Assembly (NCBI GenBank): GCA_002439085.1
Contig: DJSW01000007.1
Coordinates: 26,371 to 90,370 of the forward strand
Source of the DNA: Alphaproteobacteria bacterium UBA6324
GTDB taxonomy: Bacteria; Pseudomonadota; Alphaproteobacteria; CAAGCB01; CAG-977
DNA length: 64,000 nt
Reading direction: 5' to 3'
Below are positions 38,018 to 50,165 of the stretch, piece after piece. Each line of letters begins with the position of its first letter. Position 1 is the stretch's first letter. The notes beneath the pieces were generated by a model. That model was not told the DNA's origin and searched no databases. It was given only the letters and a program-made list of their open reading frames with translations. The position numbers were made by a program, and so were the translations under genes.

Positions 38018-39193
38018 TTACACCCCTCGCGCCATCCGTTTGGCTTTGATCACGGCCAGAACGGTTAAAAGGGCGAAAACGGACATCACCGCCCCGCCGC
38101 ACGCCAGAATGTTTCCCAGCCCGACCAGCGGCGACACGACGCCGCCCAGCAAAAATCCGGCCGCCCCCATAACCGCCGAAGCCGTTCCGGAATACGTCCG
38201 CTCGGCGTCCATCGCCGCCGCGGTCGCCGCCGTGAACGACAATCCGAGGGAAAAGCACAAAACGAACAGCAGCGTTTCATACGCGGCGACGGGAATTCCG
38301 ACCGGCATCAAAACGGCCAGCACGAAACAGCACGGCACGACGCCCGCGCAACTGGCCGTCAGGCACGACAGCGGCGATTTGAACTTGACGGAAACGCCCG
38401 CGCCGATCCCGATCGCGACGGCGTTTGCGGCAAAGAAAAAACTGAACGCGCGCGGGCTGAACCCGTAATGTTCCTGAATGATGAACGGCGACGACGCGAT
38501 ATAGGAAAACAGGATCGCCAGCGCGAACGACAGTTCGGCCATATAGCACACGAATTTTTTATTTCTCAGCACCGCCGCGAACAGCTTGAACGACCGGCTC
38601 AGCTTTTCTTTTGACCGGCGCTGAGTGGACAGGCTTTCCTTAAAAAACAGACAGAACACCGCCAGCACAATTCCGATCCCCAGCAGGATGATGAAAATCC
38701 CCTGCCACCCGACCGGTTGCAAAACCATGCCGCCGATGACGGGCGCGGCGATCGGCGCCATGCCGTTGATCGCCCCGACAATCGCCAACGCTTTAGCCAG
38801 ATTTTTGCTTTTGAATTTATCCGTCGCAATCGAACGCGCAATGACGATGCCGCCCGACGCGGCCGCCCCTTGCAGAAAACGCAGGGCGACAAAGGTTTGA
38901 ATGTCCGGCGCGGCGATGCATCCGGCCGTCGAAACGATAAAGACGGCCATTGCCCACAACAGCGGTCGGCGACGCCCGACGCGGTCGCTCAAAGGGCCGA
39001 AAAACAGCTGGCCGAGCGCCAATCCCAGCATGGACGATGTCAGCCCCAGCTGAACCATGGAAACGTCCGTGTCAAAATACTTTGTCATCACCGGCAAAGC
39101 GGGCAGATACATATCCGTCACAAACGGCCCGAACGCCGTCAGCAGCCCCAGCAGCACAAATATGAAATTGGCCGAATTCCGTTTGTTTGTCAT
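38018..39193 (-). CDS. MFS transporter, Bcr/CflA drug-resistance subfamily
   Basis: Contains ..FIFVLLGLLTAFGPFVTDMYLPALPVM..LGLTSSMLGLALGQLFFGPLSDRVGRRRPLL.. Twelve transmembrane helices. Confidence 0.85.
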   Translation of the reverse strand: MTNKRNSANFIFVLLGLLTAFGPFVTDMYLPALPVMTKYFDTDVSMVQLGLTSSMLGLALGQLFFGPLSDRVGRRRPLLWAMAVFIVSTAGCIAAPDIQTFVALRFLQGAAASGGIVIARSIATDKFKSKNLAKALAIVGAINGMAPIAAPVIGGMVLQPVGWQGIFIILLGIGIVLAVFCLFFKESLSTQRRSKEKLSRSFKLFAAVLRNKKFVCYMAELSFALAILFSYIASSPFIIQEHYGFSPRAFSFFFAANAVAIGIGAGVSVKFKSPLSCLTASCAGVVPCCFVLAVLMPVGIPVAAYETLLFVLCFSLGLSFTAATAAAMDAERTYSGTASAVMGAAGFLLGGVVSPLVGLGNILACGGAVMSVFALLTVLAVIKAKRMARGV

Positions 39194-39273
39194 ATTTCCC
39201 TCTTTTGAAAGCGAACCCCCGAACGGCGCGAACCGGACGGGGGATTCAAGTTGTTGTTTTTGCACCGCGCGGA

Positions 39274-40164
39274 TCAATCCGCCGCGTCTTCGTCGAAAGC
39301 TTCCTCTTCAACCGACGCGCCATCGTCGTTTGCCGTTCTCTCTTCGTTGGCCGCACTTTCTTCGCTTGCCGCCGGTTCGTTTTGTTCTTGAACAAGCGGC
39401 TGTTCGACCGGTTCTTCCACGGGCGCGGCGGGTTCATCGCCGTTTTGATCGGCGCGTTCCCCCGCGGCTTCCGAAGTTTCGGCGGAAACGGCGGATTCGT
39501 CCGTCGGCGTTTCGGCCGGTTCGGAAATCGGCGTCAGCTTAAATTCCCGCGGTTCGGCGTTTTCATCGTCCGTCCGGTTTTGTTCGACGCGGATGACGAC
39601 CGGTTCGTTTTCCGGCGCGGCGGTTTCGGCGGATTCGGCGTTTTCCGGATCGACCGGTTTTTCCTCGTCCGGTTGCAATTCGGGCAGATCGGTGACGGTC
39701 TGGCTTTCCTCGTCCCATGTGATTTTCAGTTTCGGCGCGACGGGTTTGTATTCCAACGGCCTGTCCAGAACCAGCGGTTCGGGAACGGGTGGCGCGGCCT
39801 GTTCACCCTGACATTTCATCACCCAAACGTCATAAACGGCGTGATCCATGGCGGACAAAGCCGGCGAAGAGGAAAACATCCACCCCGAAAACAGTTTCAG
39901 CTGTCCGTCCTCTTTATTTTCGACAATTTCCAGAAAAGCCGCGTTTTCTGGCGTTTCTTCGGGCGGGTGGGCGTAACAGACGCGCGCGTAAACGTCCAGC
40001 GCGCCGAACGTCGTTTTTTCACCGACGTTGACGGTCATCGTACTCAACCGTCCCGTGATCTTGTCCAATCCGCGCAGGACGACTTGGGTATAGGAAATGT
40101 CCTCGGCCTGCGCGGCAAAAGGCAGAAAAAGCGACAAGGCAAAAGCCGGCAATGTTTTTTTCAT
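39274..40164 (-). CDS. DUF2155-like periplasmic protein with acidic disordered C-terminal tail
   Basis: Signal peptide MKKTLPAFALSLFLPFAAQA. Contains ..VLRGLDKITGR.. Confidence 0.65.
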   Translation of the reverse strand: MKKTLPAFALSLFLPFAAQAEDISYTQVVLRGLDKITGRLSTMTVNVGEKTTFGALDVYARVCYAHPPEETPENAAFLEIVENKEDGQLKLFSGWMFSSSPALSAMDHAVYDVWVMKCQGEQAAPPVPEPLVLDRPLEYKPVAPKLKITWDEESQTVTDLPELQPDEEKPVDPENAESAETAAPENEPVVIRVEQNRTDDENAEPREFKLTPISEPAETPTDESAVSAETSEAAGERADQNGDEPAAPVEEPVEQPLVQEQNEPAASEESAANEERTANDDGASVEEEAFDEDAAD

Positions 40165-40168
40165 GGGT

Positions 40169-40621
40169 TCAATCTTCTTTTCCGGTGGCTGAAAAGATCA
40201 CTTCGCTGATCACGTCCTCCAGCGATCGAAAATCTTTCGTTTTTTGGATTCGGTCGCCGTCTTTCAAATACGTAGCCGATTTTCCGGGGGTCAGCTGGAC
40301 GAACGTCCCGCCCATCAACCCGTCCGTCGTCACGGCCGCCATCGTATCAGCCGGCAAACGCACGCCGTTGCGGATGTTCAGCGTCACTTTGGCCGTATAA
40401 TCGTCCGTCAGATCCAATCCCGTGACCGACCCGACCTTGATTCCGCTGATCCGGATGTCGTTGCCGCTTTCCAATCCGCCGGAACGCGAAAATTCGGCGG
40501 TCAGTTCGTAACCGCGCTGCGGCCGCGCGTCGATTTTGTTCGCGGCGAAGTGAACGAAAAACACAGCCACCAGAATAACCAGAATTCCCAAAACCGTTTC
40601 AATCGGACTTTTTTTCATCAT
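40169..40621 (-). CDS. MlaD-like MCE-domain protein (copy 1)
   Basis: N-terminal transmembrane helix. MCE core ..ISGIKVGSVTGLDL..LKDGD.. Confidence 0.75.
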   Translation of the reverse strand: MMKKSPIETVLGILVILVAVFFVHFAANKIDARPQRGYELTAEFSRSGGLESGNDIRISGIKVGSVTGLDLTDDYTAKVTLNIRNGVRLPADTMAAVTTDGLMGGTFVQLTPGKSATYLKDGDRIQKTKDFRSLEDVISEVIFSATGKED

Positions 40622-40636
40622 ACCCCTCCGGCGTGA

Positions 40637-41101
40637 TCAGTGACATTTCCGCTTTTGCCTGTCGACCTTGGCCATATCGACGACCTTGTCCAACAGGTTT
40701 TGCAGGTTCGGCGAATCCTGCGTGAATTCGATGAAAGAACCGTCCGTCAGCATATCTTCGGAACCGCCGGGGGTCAATTCGACATATTTCGCCCCGATCA
40801 GCCCCGTCGATTGGACGGCGGCGCCGCTGTCGTCCGGCAGACGGATTTTCGCCGGCAGGGTCAGCGTTGCCACAACGCCGTAATATTCATCCAGCCGCAA
40901 ATCGGCAACCCGTCCGATTTTGATGCCCGCCAAACGGACGTCGTTGCCGGCAACCAGTCCTTCGGTTTGGTTGAAACGCGCCTGCACGTCATAGGTTTCG
41001 GCCGGTTTGCGCACGACGCCCGACCCGATCAGGTAAAAGCAGACGACAGCGGCGAAAAACGCCAGCGCGCCGGCGGTCAGTTCGGTTTTTTCGGCAGTCA
41101 T
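40637..41101 (-). CDS. MlaD-like MCE-domain protein (copy 2)
   Basis: Paralog of 40169-40621 (..LAGIKIGRVADLRL..LTDGS..). Its start overlaps the greA stop. Confidence 0.75.
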   Translation of the reverse strand: MTAEKTELTAGALAFFAAVVCFYLIGSGVVRKPAETYDVQARFNQTEGLVAGNDVRLAGIKIGRVADLRLDEYYGVVATLTLPAKIRLPDDSGAAVQSTGLIGAKYVELTPGGSEDMLTDGSFIEFTQDSPNLQNLLDKVVDMAKVDRQKRKCH

Positions 41102-41103
41102 GC

Positions 41104-41565
41104 TCAGACGTACTTCACTTCCAGAATTTCATAGGATTTGGATGCGATTTCGACGCTGTCGCCTTCGGATTTGCCGATCAACGCGCGCGCCATCGGCGAC
41201 AGGACGGAAATCAGCCCGTGATCCAGATCGGCTTCGTATTTGCCGACGATCTGGTACGTTTTTTCCTCTTCGGTGTCTTCGTTCATCAAAACGACGGTCG
41301 CGCCGAAAACGATTTCGTCGTTTTTCAAAGCGGCCGTGTCAATGATTTCCGCGCAGGAAACCGCGTATTCCAATTCCTGAATACGCCCTTCGATAAAGCT
41401 CTGTTTTTCGCGAGCGGCGTGGTATTCCGCGTTTTCGGACAAATCGCCGTGTTCGCGCGCCTCGGCGATCGCCGCGATAATGGCGGGGCGTTCGACGTTT
41501 TTCAGGTTGTTCAATTCCTTTTGCAGGCGTTCGGCGCCTCTTTTGGTCATGGGTACTTTCTGCAT
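41104..41565 (-). CDS. greA: transcription elongation factor GreA
   Basis: Begins [53 protein letters not shown].. Confidence 0.9.
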   Translation of the reverse strand: MQKVPMTKRGAERLQKELNNLKNVERPAIIAAIAEAREHGDLSENAEYHAAREKQSFIEGRIQELEYAVSCAEIIDTAALKNDEIVFGATVVLMNEDTEEEKTYQIVGKYEADLDHGLISVLSPMARALIGKSEGDSVEIASKSYEILEVKYV

Positions 41566-41757
41566 TCGACCGACATCCTTTCCAAATAACAAAAAAACAA
41601 CCTTTCCGGCCGTTTCGCCGGAAAAGCCGCACTCTTTTCTGACGCGTATAATACAGATGTTGTTTCTTTTCTTCAAGAGATATAAAAAACATCAGCTTGC
41701 CAAAAACGGAAAAACGGTGTTTTATGGCAAAAGTTTAATTGCAGGAGTTACATAACC

Positions 41758-42219
41758 ATGTTGCGCGAACAGCTGAAAGCCGCTTTGAAAACGGCGATGA
41801 TTGAAAAGGACAGCCACAAAATTTCGACGATCCGCCTGATTCTGGCGGCGGTAAAGGATCGCGACATCGCGTCCCGCGGCACGAACAAGGACGGATTGAT
41901 TTCCAACGACGACATTTTACAGTTGCTGCAATCCATGATCAAACAGCGCAAGGACAGCATCGCCATGTACACCAAGGGCGGCCGTCAGGATCTGGTGGAC
42001 AGCGAACAGGGCGAAATCGACATCATCCAATCGTTCCTGCCCAAACAGATGGACGAACAGGAAATCAAAACCTGCGTCGAAGATGTCGTCAAATCGACCG
42101 GCGCGGCGGGATTGAAGGATATGGGCAAAGTCATGGCAGCTTTGCGCGAACAATTCGCCGGCCAGATGGATTTCGGCCTGGCATCCGGCATCGTCAAAGC
42201 GATTTTGGCCGCCAAATAA
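41758..42219 (+). CDS. yqeY: GatB/YqeY-domain protein
   Basis: Begins MLREQLKAALKTAMIEKDSHKISTIRLILAAVKDRDI.. Confidence 0.85.
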   Translation: MLREQLKAALKTAMIEKDSHKISTIRLILAAVKDRDIASRGTNKDGLISNDDILQLLQSMIKQRKDSIAMYTKGGRQDLVDSEQGEIDIIQSFLPKQMDEQEIKTCVEDVVKSTGAAGLKDMGKVMAALREQFAGQMDFGLASGIVKAILAAK

Positions 42220-42222
42220 AAA

Positions 42223-44025
<1,803 letters not shown>

Positions 44026-44153
44026 CGGATGTCGCCTTATTATTTAAAGGTTGACAAACGGTTGGCAAAAAACTAAAAAGTGCAAGATCACCGGATTGTT
44101 TCCGGCGGTTTTTCGTGTGCGTTTTTTTGCAACAGAGGTAAAGGCGAATTTAT

Positions 44154-46280
44154 ATGAATACTTCGACCGAAGAAGACATCAATCCGGCGGAAAACTCGGA
44201 AGACGCTTTGCTGGACACGCTCAGCGCTTCGTTGAAAAAGCTGTTGAACAAAGGAAAAAGTCGCGGTTACATCACCGTTGACGAATTGAACGGCGCCCTG
44301 CCGCCCGAAAAGGAATCGTCCGAACAGATCGAAGACGTCATGGCCATGATTTCCGATATGGGGATCAACCTGATCGAAAACGACGAAACCGAGGAGGAAG
44401 CCACCGAAGCCGCGGAGGACGAGGGGTTCAAACTGGACGAAGTGGAAACGTCGCGCACCGACGACCCCGTCCGGATGTACCTGCGCGAAATGGGCGCGGT
44501 TGAACTGCTGTCCCGCGAAGGCGAAATCGCCATCGCCAAACGCATTGAGGCCGGACGCGATTTGATGATCGGCGGCCTGTGCGAAAGCGCGCTGACGATC
44601 AAAGCGTTGAGCGGTTGGCACAACGCCTTGATTTCCGGCAAAATGCTGTTGCGTGACATTATTGATCTGGACGCCACATACGGTTCCGACGAAGACGGGG
44701 ACACCCCCGCGCTGTCGCTGGCGACTTCGATGCCGTCCGCCGCCGTCATGGCCGAGGAAAGCTCCGCCGCCCGCGAAAAAGCCGCCGCCCCTGAAAAGGA
44801 CGACGATTCCTTTGAAGAAGAGGAAAACGCCGACGATTACGACGACGAAGAGGACAACGAATCCGCCGACGGTGAAAACGACGAGGATTTCGACGATTCC
44901 GACGAATCCGGCGACGACAAGGACGATGAAGGGTTCGACGACGGCATCGACGACGAAGAAGAATCCTCCGACGGTGAAAACGGCGACGACGAAGACGCCG
45001 CCGAAGACGATTCGCCCTCCGTTTCTCTGGCGCAGATGGAACAGTCGCTGATGCCGCAGGTGTTGGAACAGTTCGACCAGATTCTTTCCCTGCACCAGAA
45101 ATTGAAAAAGGTTCAGGATCAGCGGCTGGCGTGCGTCAAATCGGCCAAACCCGTCCCCGCCGCCACCGAAAAGAAATTTGAAAAGATCAAGCAGGAACTG
45201 GTTTCCCTGATGGAGGGGATTCAGCTGAACCCCGTGCGCATCGAAAAACTGGTTGACCAGTTGAACGAATACAACAAACGCCTGATGACTTTGGAAGGCA
45301 AAATGTTGCGCATGGCCGTCAGTTGCCGCATCAAGCGCGAAGATTTTCTGGAAGCGTACAAAACATCCGAATTCGATTCCAACTGGATTCAGAAAACAAC
45401 CGGCAAGGCGTGGAAGACCTTTACGGAAAAATACGCCAAGGAAATCGCCGAAATCCAAAGTGCCGTCGCCGCGATGGCCGAAGAAATCGGAATGCCGATT
45501 TTTGAATACCGCCGCGTTTGTTCCATGGTGAAAAAGGGCGAACAGGAAGCCAGCCGCGCGAAAAAGGAAATGATCGAAGCCAACTTGCGTCTGGTGATTT
45601 CGATCGCGAAAAAATACACCAACCGCGGCCTGCAGTTTTTGGATCTGATTCAGGAAGGCAACATCGGTTTGATGAAAGCGGTGGATAAATTTGAATATCG
45701 CCGCGGATACAAATTTTCGACCTACGCGACGTGGTGGATCCGTCAGGCGATCACGCGTTCGATCGCCGATCAGGCGCGCACGATCCGCATTCCGGTGCAT
45801 ATGATCGAAACGATCAACAAACTGGTGCGCACCAGCCGCCAGATGCTGCACGAAATCGGCCGCGAACCGACGCCAGAAGAATTGGCCGAAAAACTGACCA
45901 TGCCTTTGGAAAAAGTCCGCAAAGTTTTGAAAATCGCCAAAGAACCGATTTCGCTGGAAACCCCCGTCGGCGACGAGGAAGACAGCCATTTGGGCGATTT
46001 TATCGAAGACCGCAACGTCGTCCAGCCTTTGGACGCCGCGATCCAAACCAATCTGCGCCAAACCTGCACGGCAGTGCTGTCCAGTCTGACCCCGCGCGAA
46101 GAACGCGTGTTGCGTATGCGTTTCGGCATCGGCATGAACACCGACCACACGCTGGAAGAGGTCGGACAGCAGTTTTCCGTCACGCGCGAACGCATCCGCC
46201 AGATCGAAGCGAAGGCTTTGCGCAAGCTGAAACACCCCAGCCGGTCGCGCAAACTGCGTTCGTTCTTGGACAACGGTTAA
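44154..46280 (+). CDS. rpoD: RNA polymerase sigma-70 factor RpoD (with acidic non-conserved insert)
   Basis: Regions 1.1 to 4 are present (..[11 protein letters not shown].., ..[31 protein letters not shown]..). Confidence 0.95.
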   Translation: MNTSTEEDINPAENSEDALLDTLSASLKKLLNKGKSRGYITVDELNGALPPEKESSEQIEDVMAMISDMGINLIENDETEEEATEAAEDEGFKLDEVETSRTDDPVRMYLREMGAVELLSREGEIAIAKRIEAGRDLMIGGLCESALTIKALSGWHNALISGKMLLRDIIDLDATYGSDEDGDTPALSLATSMPSAAVMAEESSAAREKAAAPEKDDDSFEEEENADDYDDEEDNESADGENDEDFDDSDESGDDKDDEGFDDGIDDEEESSDGENGDDEDAAEDDSPSVSLAQMEQSLMPQVLEQFDQILSLHQKLKKVQDQRLACVKSAKPVPAATEKKFEKIKQELVSLMEGIQLNPVRIEKLVDQLNEYNKRLMTLEGKMLRMAVSCRIKREDFLEAYKTSEFDSNWIQKTTGKAWKTFTEKYAKEIAEIQSAVAAMAEEIGMPIFEYRRVCSMVKKGEQEASRAKKEMIEANLRLVISIAKKYTNRGLQFLDLIQEGNIGLMKAVDKFEYRRGYKFSTYATWWIRQAITRSIADQARTIRIPVHMIETINKLVRTSRQMLHEIGREPTPEELAEKLTMPLEKVRKVLKIAKEPISLETPVGDEEDSHLGDFIEDRNVVQPLDAAIQTNLRQTCTAVLSSLTPREERVLRMRFGIGMNTDHTLEEVGQQFSVTRERIRQIEAKALRKLKHPSRSRKLRSFLDNG

Positions 46281-46309
46281 AACGGAATTTTATAAAACGG
46301 GCAAACGGC

Positions 46310-46345
46310 CGCGACGGATTGAACGCGGCCGTTTCCTTTGATCGG
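46310..46345 (+). terminator. intrinsic terminator after rpoD
   Basis: ACGGCCGCG-ACGGATTGAA-CGCGGCCGT followed by TTCCTTTG. Confidence 0.5.
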
Positions 46346-46421
46346 CACAAAAAGAATTGATTTATCCGTCCGCCGCCTATATTTTCAACACGTTTTGACA
46401 TTTTGACGGAGGAACGCGGCC

Positions 46422-47393
46422 ATGGGCGCGAAAACTAAAATCATCATCGACACGGATCCGGGGATCGACGACGCGATCGCTTTGTTCATGGCCATGGCCG
46501 ACCCCGATTTGGAAATCGTCGGCATCACGGCGGTCAACGGCAACGTCACGGTTGACAAGGCCGAATTCAACGCGCGCCGCGTGTGCGATTTCGCGTGGCA
46601 CACGGACATTCCCGTCTATAAAGGATGCGACCGCCCGTTGAAACGTCCGACGTTCAACGCCGAATGGGTGCACGGTTCAGACGGTTTGGCCGGATTGGAT
46701 TTCGGCACGCCCTCTTATAAAGGGGAAGAGGAAAACGCCGTCGATTTCATCATCAAAACGTTGATGAAATCCCCCGAACGCGAAGTGTCGATCGTCGCGA
46801 TCGGCCCTTTGACGAACATCGCCACCGTCTTTTTAAAAGAGCCGAAGACCGTTTCCAGAATCCGCGAACTGATCATCATGGGCGGCGCGTTTTGCGAAGA
46901 CGGCCCCCGCGGCAATTCGACGCCTTACGCCGAATTCAATATGCTGGCCGACCCACACGCCGCGCAGATCGTGTTCGATTTGGCCGAACGCGTCACCGTC
47001 ATCCCGATGGAAGTCGGTATGCAGGCGACCGCGGAAAAGGAATACATCGAAAAAATGCGCGACCTGAACACGCGTTGCGCGTCGATGAGCGCCGATTTGT
47101 TGGAACGCACGGCGAAAGTCCTGTCCGAACACCTTGCCCGTTTGAACAAGGACGGCGTCGCGCCGGAAACGGGAACGTCCCTGTACGACCCGTGCGCCGT
47201 GGGGTGCCTGATCCGCCCCGCCCTGTTTTCCGGCCGGTACGGCACGGTGCAGGTCAACACCGACGCGAACGACGAAAAATTCGGCATGACCACGTTTGAA
47301 GAGGGCGTCAAACGCAACTGTCTGGTCACGCACAAAGTGGCCAAGGACGCGTTCAAGGAAATGTTGCTGAATCATTTGGCGGCGTTGCCATGA
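46422..47393 (+). CDS. nucleoside hydrolase (IunH/RihA family)
   Basis: Begins KIIIDTDPGIDDAIAL, the N-terminal Asp cluster. Confidence 0.85.
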   Translation: MGAKTKIIIDTDPGIDDAIALFMAMADPDLEIVGITAVNGNVTVDKAEFNARRVCDFAWHTDIPVYKGCDRPLKRPTFNAEWVHGSDGLAGLDFGTPSYKGEEENAVDFIIKTLMKSPEREVSIVAIGPLTNIATVFLKEPKTVSRIRELIIMGGAFCEDGPRGNSTPYAEFNMLADPHAAQIVFDLAERVTVIPMEVGMQATAEKEYIEKMRDLNTRCASMSADLLERTAKVLSEHLARLNKDGVAPETGTSLYDPCAVGCLIRPALFSGRYGTVQVNTDANDEKFGMTTFEEGVKRNCLVTHKVAKDAFKEMLLNHLAALP

Positions 47394-48385
47394 CCGTATT
47401 CACGGGACGGCTGTCCGTCGCCCCGATGATGGATTGGACGGACAGGCACTTTCGTTATTTCGCGCGCCGTTTGACGCGCCGCGCCCTGCTGTACAGCGAA
47501 ATGATCACGGCGCAGGCGATCGTTTTCGGCGACGCGGAAAAGCTGCTGGCCTATGACGATTGCGAACACCCGCTGATTTTGCAACTGGGCGGATCCGATC
47601 CAGAATTATTGGGAAAAGCCTGCCGCGTTGCGCGCGGCTTTCGTTACGACGGCGTGAACCTGAACGCGGGCTGCCCGTCCGAACGCGTTTCCGCCGGATG
47701 TTTCGGCGCGGCGATGCGGTGCGATCCTGCTTTGATCGCCGATTGCCTGCAAGCAATGAAAGAAAACGCAAACGTTCCCGTTTCCCTGAAAACCCGCATC
47801 GCGCTGGAGGAGGACACGCCGGATTCCGACGGATTTGACGATTTGTGCCGATGCGCGGAAACGGCGCGCGCGGCCGGATGCGGCGAATTTATCATCCACG
47901 CCCGCAAAGCGCGGTTGAAAGGGTGGACGCCGAAACAGAACAGGGAACGGCCGCGGCTGAATTACGATTTGGTTTACCGGTTCAAGGCCGCCTTTCCCGA
48001 CGCAACGGTTTCCATTAACGGCAACATCGCGTCCCTTGACGCGGCGTTGCGGCATCTGGAACACGTTGACGGCGTGATGATCGGGCGCGCGGCCTACGGC
48101 GATCCGTATTTGCTGGCCGCCGCGGACAGAGTGGTTTTCGGCGAAAAAACGAACGACGTTTCCCGCGCCGACGCCGTGCGCGCCATGCTGCCCTATTTGC
48201 AAAAAAACATGGAAAACGGCGTCCGCCCCCATGTGATCGCCAAACACTGGCTGAACCTGTTCAAAGGGTGCGCCGGCGCGGCCGCGTGGCGCAGAACGCT
48301 GACGGAAACGCTGTTTTCCCCCGACGTTTCTTTCAAAACTGTTGCAGAAGCGGTCAATAAGGTTATATCCTCTATCCAAAACTGA
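47390..48385 (+). CDS. dusA: tRNA-dihydrouridine synthase A
   Basis: Begins ..LSVAPMMDWTDRHFRYFAR.. and contains ..VNLNAGCPS.. Confidence 0.85.
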   Translation: MTVFTGRLSVAPMMDWTDRHFRYFARRLTRRALLYSEMITAQAIVFGDAEKLLAYDDCEHPLILQLGGSDPELLGKACRVARGFRYDGVNLNAGCPSERVSAGCFGAAMRCDPALIADCLQAMKENANVPVSLKTRIALEEDTPDSDGFDDLCRCAETARAAGCGEFIIHARKARLKGWTPKQNRERPRLNYDLVYRFKAAFPDATVSINGNIASLDAALRHLEHVDGVMIGRAAYGDPYLLAAADRVVFGEKTNDVSRADAVRAMLPYLQKNMENGVRPHVIAKHWLNLFKGCAGAAAWRRTLTETLFSPDVSFKTVAEAVNKVISSIQN

Positions 48386-48403
48386 TTAATCGGAGCATCC
48401 GTC

Positions 48404-49024
48404 ATGAGCGACACGACTCTTCTCATCCTGTCCGGCATTTTGGGCTATCTGCTGGGTTCCATCCCGTTCGGCATCGTTTTCACGCGTTTGGCGGGACTGG
48501 GCGACATCCGCAAAATCGGATCGGGCAACATCGGCGCGACCAACGTTTTGCGCACGGGGCGCAAGGATTTGGCTTTGCTGACCCTGCTGTTCGATTCGGG
48601 CAAGGCGGCTTTGGCGGCCGGCATTGCCTATTACTGCGTCCCCGAAGAGGGCACCAGCGACACCGCCGCGCTGATCGCCGGCACGGCGGGCGTTTTGGGA
48701 CACAACTTTCCGGTCTGGCTGAAATTCAAAGGCGGCAAAGGCGTCGCCGCGACGCTGGGGATGCTGCTGGCGACGTGCTGGCAGGCGGGGTTGCTGTCGT
48801 GCGTGACATGGTTGGCCATGGCGCTGGTTTTCCGCTATTCCTCGCTGTCGGCGCTGACCGCGCTGATCTTGGCGCCCGTTTACGCCTATTACTTCGCGAC
48901 GCCGGAATACGTCTGGTTCTACAGCTTTCTGGCCGTTCTGTCGGTCATCCGCCACCGTTCAAACATCGCCCGTTTGATCCACGGCGAGGAAAGCAAGATC
49001 AAATTAAAGAAAAAGGCGGAATAA
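48404..49024 (+). CDS. plsY: glycerol-3-phosphate acyltransferase PlsY
   Basis: Contains ..GYLLGSIPFGIVFTRLAGLGDIRKIGSGNIGATNVLRTG.. Confidence 0.9.
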   Translation: MSDTTLLILSGILGYLLGSIPFGIVFTRLAGLGDIRKIGSGNIGATNVLRTGRKDLALLTLLFDSGKAALAAGIAYYCVPEEGTSDTAALIAGTAGVLGHNFPVWLKFKGGKGVAATLGMLLATCWQAGLLSCVTWLAMALVFRYSSLSALTALILAPVYAYYFATPEYVWFYSFLAVLSVIRHRSNIARLIHGEESKIKLKKKAE

Positions 49025-49028
49025 CCCT

Positions 49029-50153
49029 TTGAAATACGAAGAAAAAATCGACCGTCTGCGCTTGTTTCGCTCTGAAAACGTCGGGGCGGTCACTTTCCGC
49101 GTCCTGATGCGGCATTTCAAATCCGCGCGCGACGCTTTGGACGCCCTGCCCGAACGGGCGCGCAAAGGCGGTTCCAGACGCCCGCTGAACATCTGTTCGG
49201 CGGCGCAGGCGGAAAAGGAATTCGAGGAAGCCGCCAAAATCGGCGCGGAAATGATTTTTCTGGACGATCCGGACTATCCGGAATTGCTGGCAACACTGCC
49301 GGACGCGCCCCCCGTGTTGACGGCGCTGGGCGACAAAGCTTTTTTGAAAACGCCGCAAATCGCCATTGTCGGCACACGCAACGCGTCGATCAACGGCCGC
49401 AACATCGCCCGCCACATCGCGCTGGATCTGGCGCGGGCGGGATACGGCACGGTGTCGGGCATGGCGTTGGGCATTGACGGCGCGGCGCACGACGGGGCGT
49501 TGCACGCGGACAATCCGTCGGCGTCCACGACGGCGGTGCTGGGCACGGGCGTTGACGTTCCCTATCCGCCGCAAAACCGCCGGCTGTACGACGAGATTCG
49601 CCAAAAGGGCGTCATTGTTTCCGAACTGCCCCTGCACACGAATCCGCAGCCGTCGAATTTTCCCCAGCGCAACCGCATCATTTCCGGCCTGTCGATCGGG
49701 CTGGTCGTCATCGAAGCCGCCCTGCGTTCCGGATCGCTGATCACGGCGAACAAAGCGTTGGAACAGGGCAAGGACGTGTTCGCCGTCCCCGCGACGCCGA
49801 CGGACGACCGCGCGAAGGGCGTGAACCTGCTGATTAAAAACGGCGCGCCTTTGGTCGAAAGCGCCGAGGACATTTTGGAACACCTGCAATCGAACACGCT
49901 GTTCGCCTTTTCCGAAAAAAAGACGAAGCGGCCGGAAACCGACGCCGCGCCCGCGGTTTACGACGAACCGGCCGAACGCGACAGGACGGACGTTTTGTCC
50001 CTGCTGGACGGCGCGCCGGTGGAAATCGACAGCCTGATTCGCGAAACGGGCTTGCCAGCCGGAACGATTTCGGTTTTATTGGTGGAATTGGAACTGGCGG
50101 GACGGATCGAACGCCTGCCGGGGAACAAGGTTATGCGCATTACTTCTTTATAA
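49029..50153 (+). CDS. dprA: DNA-processing protein DprA
   Basis: Rossmann-like core ..IAIVGTRNAS..GMALGIDGAAH.. TTG start (position uncertain). Confidence 0.8.
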   Translation: MKYEEKIDRLRLFRSENVGAVTFRVLMRHFKSARDALDALPERARKGGSRRPLNICSAAQAEKEFEEAAKIGAEMIFLDDPDYPELLATLPDAPPVLTALGDKAFLKTPQIAIVGTRNASINGRNIARHIALDLARAGYGTVSGMALGIDGAAHDGALHADNPSASTTAVLGTGVDVPYPPQNRRLYDEIRQKGVIVSELPLHTNPQPSNFPQRNRIISGLSIGLVVIEAALRSGSLITANKALEQGKDVFAVPATPTDDRAKGVNLLIKNGAPLVESAEDILEHLQSNTLFAFSEKKTKRPETDAAPAVYDEPAERDRTDVLSLLDGAPVEIDSLIRETGLPAGTISVLLVELELAGRIERLPGNKVMRITSL

Positions 50154-50165
50154 GGTCTAACGGTC

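Noticed and set aside
44088-46235. 715-aa minus-strand ORF
   Set aside because: It is antisense to rpoD and has no domain content. It is a high-GC artefact.
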